Positions 29,101 to 35,578 of a DNA stretch of 64,000 bases are shown here, piece after piece. The translations under genes were made by a program, and so were the position numbers. The notes beneath the pieces were generated by a model. The model saw only the letters and a list, made by a program, of their open reading frames with translations, was not told where the DNA came from and did no database searches. The stretch is taken from the NCBI GenBank assembly GCA_017434855.1, contig JAFRUA010000067.1, positions 1,618 through 65,617 on the forward strand, in the 5' to 3' direction. Origin of the DNA: Clostridia bacterium. Lineage in GTDB: Bacteria; Bacillota; Clostridia; Oscillospirales; Acutalibacteraceae. The stretch's first letter is position 1. Each line of letters starts with the position of its first letter.

Positions 29101-29114
29101 TGTTTGAAGAATAA
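22506..29114 (+). CDS. Dimodular non-ribosomal peptide synthetase with domain order (C-like)-A-T-C-A-T-R and a terminal thioester reductase
   Basis: Module 1 A motifs are LYTSGTTGTPKGV, YRSGDIVRW and GRRDGQVKIRGFRIEL. Module 2 A motifs are FTSGSTGKPKGVLL, YRTGDVAAW and GRADDQVKLRGLRVEL. Carrier serines lie in DRMGLTSIS and ELGGTSLS. The condensation motif is HHIIFDGTS. The reductase shows LLTGASGFLG and YALSKYRAE. The ATG at 22506 follows AAAGGAG by 7 nt. Confidence 0.95.
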   Translation: MNDALIMTWWEEHFSGLEIDSCLAVDFPDNENGGPFASLREDDLDVCEDTIAAAFAYTLAKFTAQNESLFWIQEDGLCSPFYISFDEDAPTQDFLRKVSALRQSAAEHPLTDADALAQALDLHRDLFLSFDKSFLPAESGEARLCLQVLPGELRFFYRENLFHAENMRRFLKATAQVARQLTEYKKLKDLCLVSEDDLKTLESFPYRKVQPSAQSVTQILARAFSRYPDHTAVVYENETFSYAQLDRVSNAIAAKIASLGIGKGCVVSTLLPRCKWMPAVAIAVLKTGAAYQPLDPQYPPERLNFMVQDSAAALVIADRSLKDLLSEYRGPFLFTDEIDALPAAAPLNRKITPDDPFILLYTSGTTGTPKGVILSHGNLVSFIDWYVPKFHLTAESRSAAYASFGFDANMMDTYPILSCGGQMHILSDAVRFDLRAMNRYFNENAITHSFMTTQVGRQFALMTDCKSLRVISMGGETLVPFDPPRDKEVYNVYGPTECTILSTAYQMRSGSRRLPIGTPADNMRLYVADQFQRLLPIGAMGELLIAGTQVGLGYLNRPEKTAEVFVKNPYTDDPEIARVYRSGDIVRWGYDGNVEFVGRRDGQVKIRGFRIELTEVEGVLREYPGIKDVTVIARSAPTGGKMICAYVVSDDAVDIPALEQFILDRKPPYMVPAVTMQIDKIPLNVNSKVDKRALPEPTFASDEDAQAGPRVRTALEELLYEVISPVIGAADFPIDEKLDRMGLTSISALMLAVEIEDRFGYSPDVDVLGNSSLLEIENALVAHFMRAPDAQAHAEPAEGPYPLAQTQLGIYSACKIDPENDAYELPFLFKLSRNTDAARLCAALEQTIAAHDTVNCRIAPDRQHTAVMIPTARDFRAAVSDVTEAQLKAELAARPKIDFENGPLYDARVYRTEDAIYLYINFHHIIFDGTSLAVFMEDLETAFQGGALAPEKYSAFDLSLDERKARESDAWQTAKDYYDSVFAGLDVNSLPEPDFAGKEAPDVHAQKVLLGDGFPKKVQAMCERLHVTENAFFTFAFAYTLARVSGQEEALFCNIYNGRTDPRTFHTVGMLVKTYPFYISFSGNDAPADKICETAGRIRDLTGNDLYSFAEVSRAYNIKPDILFAYQGSAFNEFTVAGQRSAALPQGLADVQAPLSVDVFLEDDAYSLNAEYFSDRYTAEMIVSLLELFAQTAKQLLTADRLDAVDLMHGSAQTLLDTVNDTDWPVAYAPVHCLLEKSAEKYPQRLAVVTQTERLTYAQLNESANRVGHALIDAGVEPGQIVALMLPRYAGVYIVRQGILKSGGAFLSIAPDYPDDRVQVMIEDSGAKVLIVTDQVLSERRAFLDRLKCSVVTVDTLLTDARTDNPGVFVAPDALAYTIFTSGSTGKPKGVLLTQRNLVNFVNSNPKNPEILGYTERGHVSLALAAITFDVSIMEEFIPLSAGMTICMATEEEIHNPIALAKLMTENGVDMMTCTPSFLTNCIGLPAMRAALRNVVSYDFGAEAFPGSLYEKVRAVNPDAYIMNGYGPTEATVSCTMDVVATPDFITIGKPASNVKAFVLDGMDRKLPPLIPGELVIAGAGVGRGYIGRPDLTAEKFITIDNLPAYRTGDVAAWTADGRLRFRGRADDQVKLRGLRVELGEIENAINAVDGVLTSVVIMTGEDSNKFLAGYYTAAKALPPEEVRAQISRKLTAYMVPGVLTQLDEMPLTQNGKIDKKKLPKVTYVPDAADYVAPANEAERDFCGWFAELLNLDKVSATGNFFELGGTSLSAAIIAINAEEKGYPIVYADVFKAQTPRELAALATGATSPESEASDRSAYEVDDSTLALAHNICDELPGLTRASVGNLLLTGASGFLGIHVLREYLTQSDGTLYCLLRGKDPQQRLKRLYFYYFGEPLEPYFENGRIKILNGDITDNDSLKAAEEIPFDTLINCAALVKHFVKDDSLERINVQGVRNLIDLCKRTGKRLIQTSTVSVAGEGVDGTPPRDWTITENRLYHGQLLDNAYALSKYRAELAVLEAIADGLDAKIMRLGNLMGRHSDGEFQVNFRSNAFIRSLASYKAIGAVPYSLMNTVTDFSEIDMTARAILLLAGTDPKFTVFHPMNNHTVTFADIVYSMREYGFDIETVEDAAFAERMANAGEASGALIAYRSREGEERRYELGASCEFTAAALYRLGFKWPVSGEKYIVSMLKALAELNMFEE
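23150..24590 (+). other. NRPS adenylation domain 1 (approximate bounds)
   Basis: Core motifs A3 (about 23583), A7/A8 and A10 (NSKVDKRALP). Confidence 0.85.
24640..24860 (+). other. NRPS thiolation (PCP) domain 1 (approximate bounds)
   Basis: LDRMGLTSISALMLAVEIEDRFG; the putative Ppant Ser is in GLTS. Confidence 0.75.
24900..26130 (+). other. NRPS condensation domain (approximate bounds)
   Basis: YPLAQTQLGIY at the start; active-site HHIIFDG is encoded at 25271-25291. Confidence 0.85.
26195..27665 (+). other. NRPS adenylation domain 2 (approximate bounds)
   Basis: FTSGSTGKPKGV is encoded near 26645. NGYGPTE, YRTGDVAAW and NGKIDKKKLP are also present. Confidence 0.85.
27708..27915 (+). other. 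NRPS thiolation (PCP) domain 2 (approximate bounds)
   Basis: NFFELGGTSLSAAIIA. Confidence 0.8.
28035..29111 (+). other. NRPS terminal NAD(P)H-dependent thioester reductase (R/TD) domain
   Basis: Rossmann motif is TGASGFLGIHVL, SDR catalytic motif is YALSK, and it occupies the terminal position after the PCP. Confidence 0.85.
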
Positions 29115-29180
29115 ACCCAAACGAAACGCCTGTGTCTGCGGTGCGCAGATGGCTGTGTGCCGCAGACGAAGAAAAGAAGC

Positions 29181-31205
29181 ATGAAGAAAAAAGAATCAAA
29201 GAAAAAATACCCGTTTCTGCTGAAGTCATGCGGCGTGATCTTTTTGATTTTTCTTGCGGTGAGTATCATCAGCAGCGTTTACACGCGCAGGGAATATCTG
29301 GAGATCCACATTGATGAAGTGGAAAAAAATACGGAAATGCTGAATCATTATGCCGCAGAACGATTGACGTCTTATCGGTCGCTGCCGGTGCTGATCGATG
29401 CATGGGAACGTGATCTGGAGGTTTACAGCAGTGCGTTCATGGCGCAGCTGCAGTCTTCCGCGTGGGTCAACCAGCTTGATCTGCCGGAGGTGACGGCAGA
29501 GCGGGTGGCCGCGATGAAAAATAGCGACCAAAGGGCCTTTGGCTATGTTTGTTATACAAGGATCGCATACGGCTTTGATCTGATGTACAATTCCTTCCGG
29601 CCGACGGCGCTGTATTGCGTGAAAATGGTTGGCGGCAGCCCGGCGTATTTGTTCTGGAGCGACAATAATTCCGAAAACAATTATATGATCCCGACGGTGC
29701 CGCATGAGATCGGCTGGGATGACCGACCGGCGCTGAATGAGATCTATGCATCCGCATCGCCTGATTGCGTGATGATCAAGGGAGAATCGAGCGTCACAGG
29801 TGAAGATCAGATGCTTGTGTATACGCCGATCGTGGAGAACGGGACGGTTTTGTGCGTCATTGTCTGCGCAAAGGACTGGGTCGAGGTTGAAAACGATATC
29901 AGTCACAGCGCATTCAAGATCGCCGTTGTCAATGTGCTTTTGCTGTTTTTGCTGACGCTGATCGTGGTGGCCTTTGTCTATCGCTATGAGCGGGAAAAGC
30001 TGAGAATCGCCGCCGAACAGCAAAAAACACAGGCGGAAATGGCGATCGCCGCAAAGATTCAGTCGGATCAGATGCCGGACCCCGCACGCGAGTTTTCCGC
30101 GCAAAAGGGCATTGACATTTCCGGCTTTATCAAACCCGCGCGGGATATCGGCGGCGACTTTTTCGATTGTTTTATGATCGATGACAGTCATACTGCGATT
30201 GTGATCGCCGACGTTTCAGACAAGGGAATTCCTGCCGCGCTGTTTATGATGCTGACAAAAACATTGATCAAAAGCGAACTGATGCAGGGCAGCTCCCCGG
30301 CAGAGGCGCTTAACCGTATCAACAGACAAGTGTCTGAACAGAATGCGCAGGGCATGTTTGTGACGATCTGGCTTGCCGTTGTCAACCTGCTGACCGGGGC
30401 GTGCAGCGTTGTGAACGCCGGGCACGAAAACCCGTTTGTCAAGCCGGCGGGCGGCGCATGGAATGAGCTGCGATATCATCACGCCCTTGCTGTGGGAATC
30501 ACGCCGAAGACCGTTTATACGGATCACAAGTACACCCTGAACCCCGGCGACAGCATCTTTGTCTATACCGACGGCGTCACGGATGCCGTCAACAGCCAGC
30601 ACCGGCGTTACGGCTGCGAAAGGTTAAAAGCTGCGCTGAACGGCTGTGCCGTTTCCGGCGCCGAATCGTTGGTCCGCTTGGTCCGGGAGGATGTGTCCGC
30701 CTTCTTTGCCGGCGAAGAGCAGTTTGACGACATCACGATGCTGTGCGTTCGCTTTCTCGGCTTCAGCTCCATCACGGTGGCAGCGCAGAACGGCAGCATG
30801 AACGCGGTCAATGCGTTTGTGCTGTCAAAGGCAGAAACGTTTGGCGCGTCAAAACAGGCGCTCAAAGAGATTCGCCTGTCTGTGGAGGAAATCTTCGGGA
30901 ATATCGTCGATTATGCCTATGGCGAAGGAAGCGGAACCGTTGCGGTGGAAGTTATGCCGGACGAGCGAACAAAGGTGTTTTCCGTTGTGTTCCGCGACAG
31001 CGGCGCGCCGTTTGACCCCACCGCAAGGGAATCGCCGGATCTGACGCAGCAGAACGTCGGCGGTTTGGGCATTTATCTTGCAAAAAAGATGATGGATGAA
31101 CTTGAATACGAATACAAAGACGGGCACAACGTCTTGACGATGCGAAAAAAACTTTGCAGCGATGCTTCATTTAAGGAGGAACCAAAATGCTTAACACAAG
31201 AATGA
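29181..31205 (+). CDS. Membrane sensor fusing a PP2C/SpoIIE-type phosphatase to an RsbW/SpoIIAB-like anti-sigma kinase (HATPase) domain
   Basis: It has an N-terminal TM helix, a ~220-aa extracytoplasmic region and a second TM helix (FKIAVVNVLLLFLLTLIVVAFVY). The phosphatase domain shows GGDFFDCFMIDDSHTAIVIADVSDKGIPAALFM ... VYTDGVTDA. The C-terminal part shows EEIFGNIVDYAY ... VFRDSGAPFDP ... GGLGIYLAKKMMDELEYEY. A GTG at 29157 is an alternative start. Confidence 0.8.
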   Translation: MKKKESKKKYPFLLKSCGVIFLIFLAVSIISSVYTRREYLEIHIDEVEKNTEMLNHYAAERLTSYRSLPVLIDAWERDLEVYSSAFMAQLQSSAWVNQLDLPEVTAERVAAMKNSDQRAFGYVCYTRIAYGFDLMYNSFRPTALYCVKMVGGSPAYLFWSDNNSENNYMIPTVPHEIGWDDRPALNEIYASASPDCVMIKGESSVTGEDQMLVYTPIVENGTVLCVIVCAKDWVEVENDISHSAFKIAVVNVLLLFLLTLIVVAFVYRYEREKLRIAAEQQKTQAEMAIAAKIQSDQMPDPAREFSAQKGIDISGFIKPARDIGGDFFDCFMIDDSHTAIVIADVSDKGIPAALFMMLTKTLIKSELMQGSSPAEALNRINRQVSEQNAQGMFVTIWLAVVNLLTGACSVVNAGHENPFVKPAGGAWNELRYHHALAVGITPKTVYTDHKYTLNPGDSIFVYTDGVTDAVNSQHRRYGCERLKAALNGCAVSGAESLVRLVREDVSAFFAGEEQFDDITMLCVRFLGFSSITVAAQNGSMNAVNAFVLSKAETFGASKQALKEIRLSVEEIFGNIVDYAYGEGSGTVAVEVMPDERTKVFSVVFRDSGAPFDPTARESPDLTQQNVGGLGIYLAKKMMDELEYEYKDGHNVLTMRKKLCSDASFKEEPKCLTQE

Positions 31206-31492
31206 ACAAAACAGACGAAACGCTTACCTTCTATCTGGAGGGTGATCTGGACAGAATCACTTCGGCCGATTTTGAAAAGGAAATCTTTGCGTGCCTGTCA
31301 GACGTCACAGAGCTGGTGATCGATCTGGAACAGCTTGAGTATATTTCATCTGCAGGCCTGCGTTCGTTCGTCAAGCTCCAGAAGCAGATGGATAAGCAGG
31401 GCACCATGCGGCTGGTCCATGTGAAGCCAGGCGTTTTTGAGATCTTTGATCTGGGCGGATTCACGGACTATCTGACGATCGAAGCGGACTAA
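31187..31492 (+). CDS. STAS-domain anti-sigma-factor antagonist (SpoIIAA/RsbV-like)
   Basis: 101 aa with LEYISSAGLRSFV, which contains the conserved phosphorylatable Ser context. AGGAGG lies 7 nt upstream. It overlaps the upstream gene by 19 nt. Confidence 0.85.
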   Translation: MLNTRMNKTDETLTFYLEGDLDRITSADFEKEIFACLSDVTELVIDLEQLEYISSAGLRSFVKLQKQMDKQGTMRLVHVKPGVFEIFDLGGFTDYLTIEAD

Positions 31493-31675
31493 ACGCAATC
31501 GCTGAAACGGTTGAAGAACGGTGAATGTTTCGGTGCCTTCAGACGCAGAAAACATGGACTGTTGCATTTCGATGAAGACGGTGTTTTCTTCGCCTGAAGG
31601 CTGTACAAAATACGCCGAAGGAGAAAAAAGAAAAACAAAGATCGGGTATGGGTGCAGCCCATCCAAAGGAACCAT

Positions 31676-31713
31676 AAAATCAGGACGCAGAATGTTCTCT
31701 ACGTCCTGATTTT
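31676..31713 (+). terminator. Intrinsic terminator
   Basis: AAAATCAGGACG pairs with CGTCCTGATTTT as a 12-bp stem around a 14-nt loop. The T-run is part of the 3' arm and continues as TTTTGATC. Confidence 0.7.
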
Positions 31714-31830
31714 GATCTATCTGTTGTTATTTTTCTTTTTGCTCTTCGCGAAATGCAACAGCCCCCATCAGATGAGCGGAGCTGCAAATAAATGTGGTTG
31801 AACCGGTCATCGTCCCTGATGGGACAAAAC

Positions 31831-31855
31831 AAACCGCCGACAGCATCGGCGGTTT
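31831..31855 (-). terminator. Intrinsic terminator of the DUF853/HerA-like gene
   Basis: AAACCGCCGA-cagca-TCGGCGGTTT forms a 10-bp stem. On the minus strand it is followed by GTTTTGT. Confidence 0.65.
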
Positions 31856-31870
31856 TGATTGTGCGTGTTC

Positions 31871-33439
31871 TTATCGTTTCAGCGTCCCGAACAGGCCGCG
31901 GACCAGTTGTTTGCCCACCTCGCGGCCGATGGTGTTCATGGCAGAAGAGGTGGCCTTGCCCATCAAGGTGCCGGAACTGCGCGAAGAGCTGCTGCGGCTC
32001 CTTTGCTTTTGCGCGCGTGCGCGTTCCTTGGCGCGCTCCTCGGCGGCCCTGGCCTTTTCTTCGGCCAGCCGTTGCTTTTCGGCCAGCTGTCGCTCTTTTT
32101 CCTCCTGCTTCTGACGGGCAAGCTCTTCCGCTTCACGGGCGGCCTCCTCGGCCTGCGCGGTCAGAATCTCATACGCCGACTCGCGGTCAAACGCCTCGGA
32201 ATACTTTTGCAGCAGCGGCGACGTGGCAAGCACCGTGCCGATCACGGCAGGTTCCACGGCGTTCATCGAGCTTTTGGGCGGCAGAATGTTTGCACGCTGC
32301 ACCACGCCGGGGATGCCCTTTTCATCCAGGACCGACACCAGTGCTTCGCCCGTGGCAAGCTCCTGCAGCACAGTTTCGGTGTCAAACGCGTCGTTGACGC
32401 GGAACGAACGGGCGGCGGCGCGGATGGCCTTTTGCTCGTTGGGCGTATAAGCACGCAGGGCATGCTGCACACGGTTGCCGATCTGTGCCAGCACGCTTTC
32501 CGGAATGTCCATCGGATTCTGAGTGATGAACCAGACCGAAACGCCCTTGGAACGGATCAGGCGCACGACCTGCTCCACTTTTTCAAGCAGGGCCTTCGGC
32601 GCGTCCTTGAAGAGCAGATGCGCCTCGTCAAAGAAGAACGCGATCTTCGGCTTGTCCAGATCGCCGGCTTCCGGCAGCAGTTCATACAGCTCCGTCAGCA
32701 TCCACAAAAGGAAGGTGCTGTACAGCAGGGGATGCTGAAACAGCTCGGCGCATTCCAAAATGTTCATCACGCCGCGGCCGTCCTGCCCCCAGTCAAACCA
32801 GTCTGCAATGTCCAGCGCGGGTTCGCCGAAAAAGATGTCGCCGCCCTCATCCTCCAGCATCAAAAGCGCGCGCTGAATGGTTCCGATCGACTGCGGCGAA
32901 ATATTGCCGTAACGGATCTTGTATTCGGCCGCGTTGTCCGCCGCAAACTGCAGCATAGCGCGCAGGTCTTTGAGATCAAGCAGCAGCAGACCGTTGTCGT
33001 CCGCAATGCGGAACACGATGCGCAGCACGCCGCTTTGCGTGTCGTTGAGGTTCAGCAGCCGCGCCAGCAGCTCCGGCCCCATGTCGGAGATCGTGGTACG
33101 CACCGGGTGGCCCAGTTTGCCGTAGACGTCAAAGAACCGCACCGGGAACGACGTGTAGTTGAAATTCTCGATCCCCATGGTGTCGATGGAGCGGCGGATG
33201 TGTTTGTTTTCGCTGCCGGGCAGACACATGCCGGATACGTCGCCCTTGATGTCCGCAATAAAGACGGGCACGCCCATTTCGCTGAACGATTCCGCCACAA
33301 CTTTGAGCGTGACGGTTTTGCCGGTACCGGTGGCGCCGGCGATCAGTCCGTGGCGGTTGGCCATCTTCGGCTCAAGATAAACGCGTTCGGTGCCGGTGGC
33401 AAGCCAGATTTTGCCGTTTTCTTCTGTAAACATAAGCAT
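31871..33439 (-). CDS. HerA-like / DUF853 (YjgR-type) P-loop NTPase with a coiled-coil, Ser-rich C-terminal tail
   Basis: The Walker A motif is GATGTGKT, inside MANRHGLIAGATGTGKTVTLKV; a Walker B-like motif is FFFDEAHLLF. The C-terminus is QAEEAAREAEELARQKQEEKERQLAEKQRLAEEKARAAEERAKERA.... Confidence 0.8.
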   Translation of the reverse strand: MLMFTEENGKIWLATGTERVYLEPKMANRHGLIAGATGTGKTVTLKVVAESFSEMGVPVFIADIKGDVSGMCLPGSENKHIRRSIDTMGIENFNYTSFPVRFFDVYGKLGHPVRTTISDMGPELLARLLNLNDTQSGVLRIVFRIADDNGLLLLDLKDLRAMLQFAADNAAEYKIRYGNISPQSIGTIQRALLMLEDEGGDIFFGEPALDIADWFDWGQDGRGVMNILECAELFQHPLLYSTFLLWMLTELYELLPEAGDLDKPKIAFFFDEAHLLFKDAPKALLEKVEQVVRLIRSKGVSVWFITQNPMDIPESVLAQIGNRVQHALRAYTPNEQKAIRAAARSFRVNDAFDTETVLQELATGEALVSVLDEKGIPGVVQRANILPPKSSMNAVEPAVIGTVLATSPLLQKYSEAFDRESAYEILTAQAEEAAREAEELARQKQEEKERQLAEKQRLAEEKARAAEERAKERARAQKQRSRSSSSRSSGTLMGKATSSAMNTIGREVGKQLVRGLFGTLKR

Positions 33440-33549
33440 GGATCTCCTTCATTGATAGTTCGATTCTATTATACCGACCGACACGAAGAATGTCAAGACG
33501 GAAGTTGCCGGTTGTGTGCGCGTTCAGGATTAGAAATCCGAAAAAAGGC

Positions 33550-33577
33550 TTGCTTTCTTTTTTGTTTTTGCTATAAT
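33550..33577 (+). promoter_or_regulatory. Candidate sigma-A promoter
   Basis: TTGCTT, a 16-nt spacer, then TATAAT (33572-33577), 34 nt upstream of the ATG at 33611. Confidence 0.5.
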
Positions 33578-33610
33578 AGAAGAGGATACTTGACCGAAGA
33601 GGGGGACCAC

Positions 33611-34693
33611 ATGATGCAGTTTCCGCAATTCAAAGCGCCGGATTTTGACCGCGAACCGTTTTGCAGCGCGCCAAACGTCACAACAGAGCCGGCCGGCGAC
33701 GGCTATCTGCCGGAGCAGTTTTATGCCACCACCATCTATCCGGAATACTTCAAAATCGACGGCGAATGGAAAATGCTGCGCCAGAGCCGTATGGACTGTG
33801 CCGTCGTGATCAAAGACGGCGTTCCGGTCGTGACCGAGCCGCGGCGGGTCAAAGCCGGCGACCAGGTGGTTGTGGGCCGAACAGACGACGGCTCCGGCGG
33901 CGTTTATGTGCATGCGAACTGCTTCGTGCAGCCGGAAGAGACGTCCAGCACATCGGCGTTTGCCTTTCGCACGGGGCAATCGCGCGAAACCTCGTTTTCC
34001 CGCGACTACGATCAACTGTATGAGGTGCTGCGCCACGACCGCGACCACGGCTATATCGTGTGGGTGCTTGGCCCGGCGTGCGTGTTTGACAACGACAGCC
34101 GCACCGCCATGGCCGGCCTGATCCGCAGGGGCTATTGCGATTGCCTGTTTGCAGGCAACGCGCTTGCGACCCATGACCTGGAGGCCGCGCTGTTCCACAC
34201 CGGGCTCGGGCAGGACATCTATACCAAAAAGCTGATCGAAAACGGGCATTATCATCATCTGCATACAATCAACCTGGTGCGTAAAGCCGGCTCCATCGAG
34301 CGGTTTTTGCAGACGTACGACCTGCACACGGGCGTGATGCACGCGCTGCTGGAATGTAAAAAACCGTTTGTGCTTGCCGGGTCCATTCGCGACGACGGCC
34401 CGCTGCCGGAGGTGATCCCCAACGTCTATGAGGCGCAGAACGCCATGCGCGAGCACACCCGCAAGGCGACGACGGTGATCTGCCTTGCGACCCAACTGCA
34501 CACGATCGCCACGGGAAACATGACGCCCTCTTATTGCGAAACAAACGGCGTCATCCGCCCGGTCTATATTTATTCGGTGGATATCTCCGAATTCGCCGTC
34601 AACAAGCTGCACGACCGCGGGTCTCTGTCTGTCAAGGGCTTTGTGACAAACATCCAGGATTTCCTGGTGCATCTTGAGCGCAATCTCGCTTAA
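33611..34693 (+). CDS. LOR/SDH-conserved-region (TIGR00300-like) protein. A possible ornithine cyclodeaminase-type enzyme, but the assignment is tentative.
   Basis: The real start is MMQFPQFKAPDFD after GAGGGGGAC. The upstream 1.7 kb of the listed 944-aa ORF is antisense to the HerA-like gene. Motifs VWVLGPACVFD and LAGSIRDDGPLPEVI are recalled from this family. Confidence 0.45.
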   Translation: MMQFPQFKAPDFDREPFCSAPNVTTEPAGDGYLPEQFYATTIYPEYFKIDGEWKMLRQSRMDCAVVIKDGVPVVTEPRRVKAGDQVVVGRTDDGSGGVYVHANCFVQPEETSSTSAFAFRTGQSRETSFSRDYDQLYEVLRHDRDHGYIVWVLGPACVFDNDSRTAMAGLIRRGYCDCLFAGNALATHDLEAALFHTGLGQDIYTKKLIENGHYHHLHTINLVRKAGSIERFLQTYDLHTGVMHALLECKKPFVLAGSIRDDGPLPEVIPNVYEAQNAMREHTRKATTVICLATQLHTIATGNMTPSYCETNGVIRPVYIYSVDISEFAVNKLHDRGSLSVKGFVTNIQDFLVHLERNLA

Positions 34694-34705
34694 TGTCCCA
34701 ATCAT

Positions 34706-34741
34706 AAAAAGGCATCTGTCAGATCACAGGTGCCTTTTTTT
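34706..34741. terminator. Bidirectional terminator between convergent genes
   Basis: AAAAAGGCATCTGT-cagatc-ACAGGTGCCTTTTTTT. Confidence 0.75.
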
Positions 34742-34757
34742 CTGTGGTTGGTTCGCT

Positions 34758-35567
34758 TTATTGCAGCGCATACGTTGCGACATACGTTGTATCCGCATCG
34801 CACGCAAGGCCCGGGTCCTCAATCCGAAAGTCCGCCGCCATGCCGCAAGCCTGCGCCGCCAGCGCAAAGTGGCACAGTGCAATGCCGAGGTCGATCTTTT
34901 GAACATCCCAGCCGTCATTGCTGTGCGCTTTGTTTTTCTTTTCGTAAAAATGCACGTTGTCGCCGCAGACCACTGCGCGCCACGGCTGCTTGTTGACCGC
35001 AGACGGCGCAAGACGCACAGCCTGCAGCGCGTCGTGCAGCCTGCCAGCCGCTTCAACCGAAAGCGGGTTGTCAAACGACGTATCAAAAAACAATGTTGAA
35101 AAGGGGAGACGGCTGTCCGCTTTCACGCCTTTGCGCATCACCGTTTCGCGCAGCGACATCTTTTTGGCACAGTAACCCAGCGGGCTGACGCAGGGCATGA
35201 CCTCGCCGTCTTTCAGACCGACCGCGGTTTCAAATGCTTTGCGGTCCATGGTGCCGGCAATCCAGGTGGTGCCCACGCCGATGGACGCGGCGTACAGTAC
35301 GATGCGCTCAAAGGAATAGCCGAACGCTTCTTCGGCAAAGGGAACGCGCTGCATTGTGCCGGCGAGAAACGTGTCTGCACCGACGATCACCGGGCTGGAA
35401 AGGCCAGTCGTTTTTGTGTCAAGCAGCTTCCACGCAATGGGAAGACGGTACGGATTGCTTGCCGTGTTTGCAAAATCCAGAATCTTTTCGGCGTCCTGCA
35501 CGCGCAATGGCGTGCCGTCAAAGGTGCGCACGCTGCGTCTGCCGCGGATCACATCAAGGATGTCCAT
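34758..35567 (-). CDS. Nitroreductase-family protein
   Basis: It starts at MDILDVIRGRRSVRTFDG, the typical nitroreductase N-terminus. The 105 codons listed upstream of this are Arg/Gly-rich, overlap the next gene and are rejected. Confidence 0.8.
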   Translation of the reverse strand: MDILDVIRGRRSVRTFDGTPLRVQDAEKILDFANTASNPYRLPIAWKLLDTKTTGLSSPVIVGADTFLAGTMQRVPFAEEAFGYSFERIVLYAASIGVGTTWIAGTMDRKAFETAVGLKDGEVMPCVSPLGYCAKKMSLRETVMRKGVKADSRLPFSTLFFDTSFDNPLSVEAAGRLHDALQAVRLAPSAVNKQPWRAVVCGDNVHFYEKKNKAHSNDGWDVQKIDLGIALCHFALAAQACGMAADFRIEDPGLACDADTTYVATYALQ

Positions 35568-35578
35568 ACCGAACCCCC

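Noticed and set aside
31521-31709. 62-aa (51 aa from the ATG) Cys-containing ORF as a possible RiPP precursor or small protein
   Set aside because: There is no SD, its stop codon lies inside the terminator hairpin, and no maturation enzymes are adjacent. It is more likely non-coding structured RNA.
31859-33610. First about 580 codons of the listed 944-aa plus-strand ORF
   Set aside because: This part is antisense to the well-supported HerA-like/DUF853 gene (Walker A/B motifs on the minus strand). The sequence is Arg/Gly/Ala-rich. A promoter, SD and sensible N-terminus occur only at 33611.
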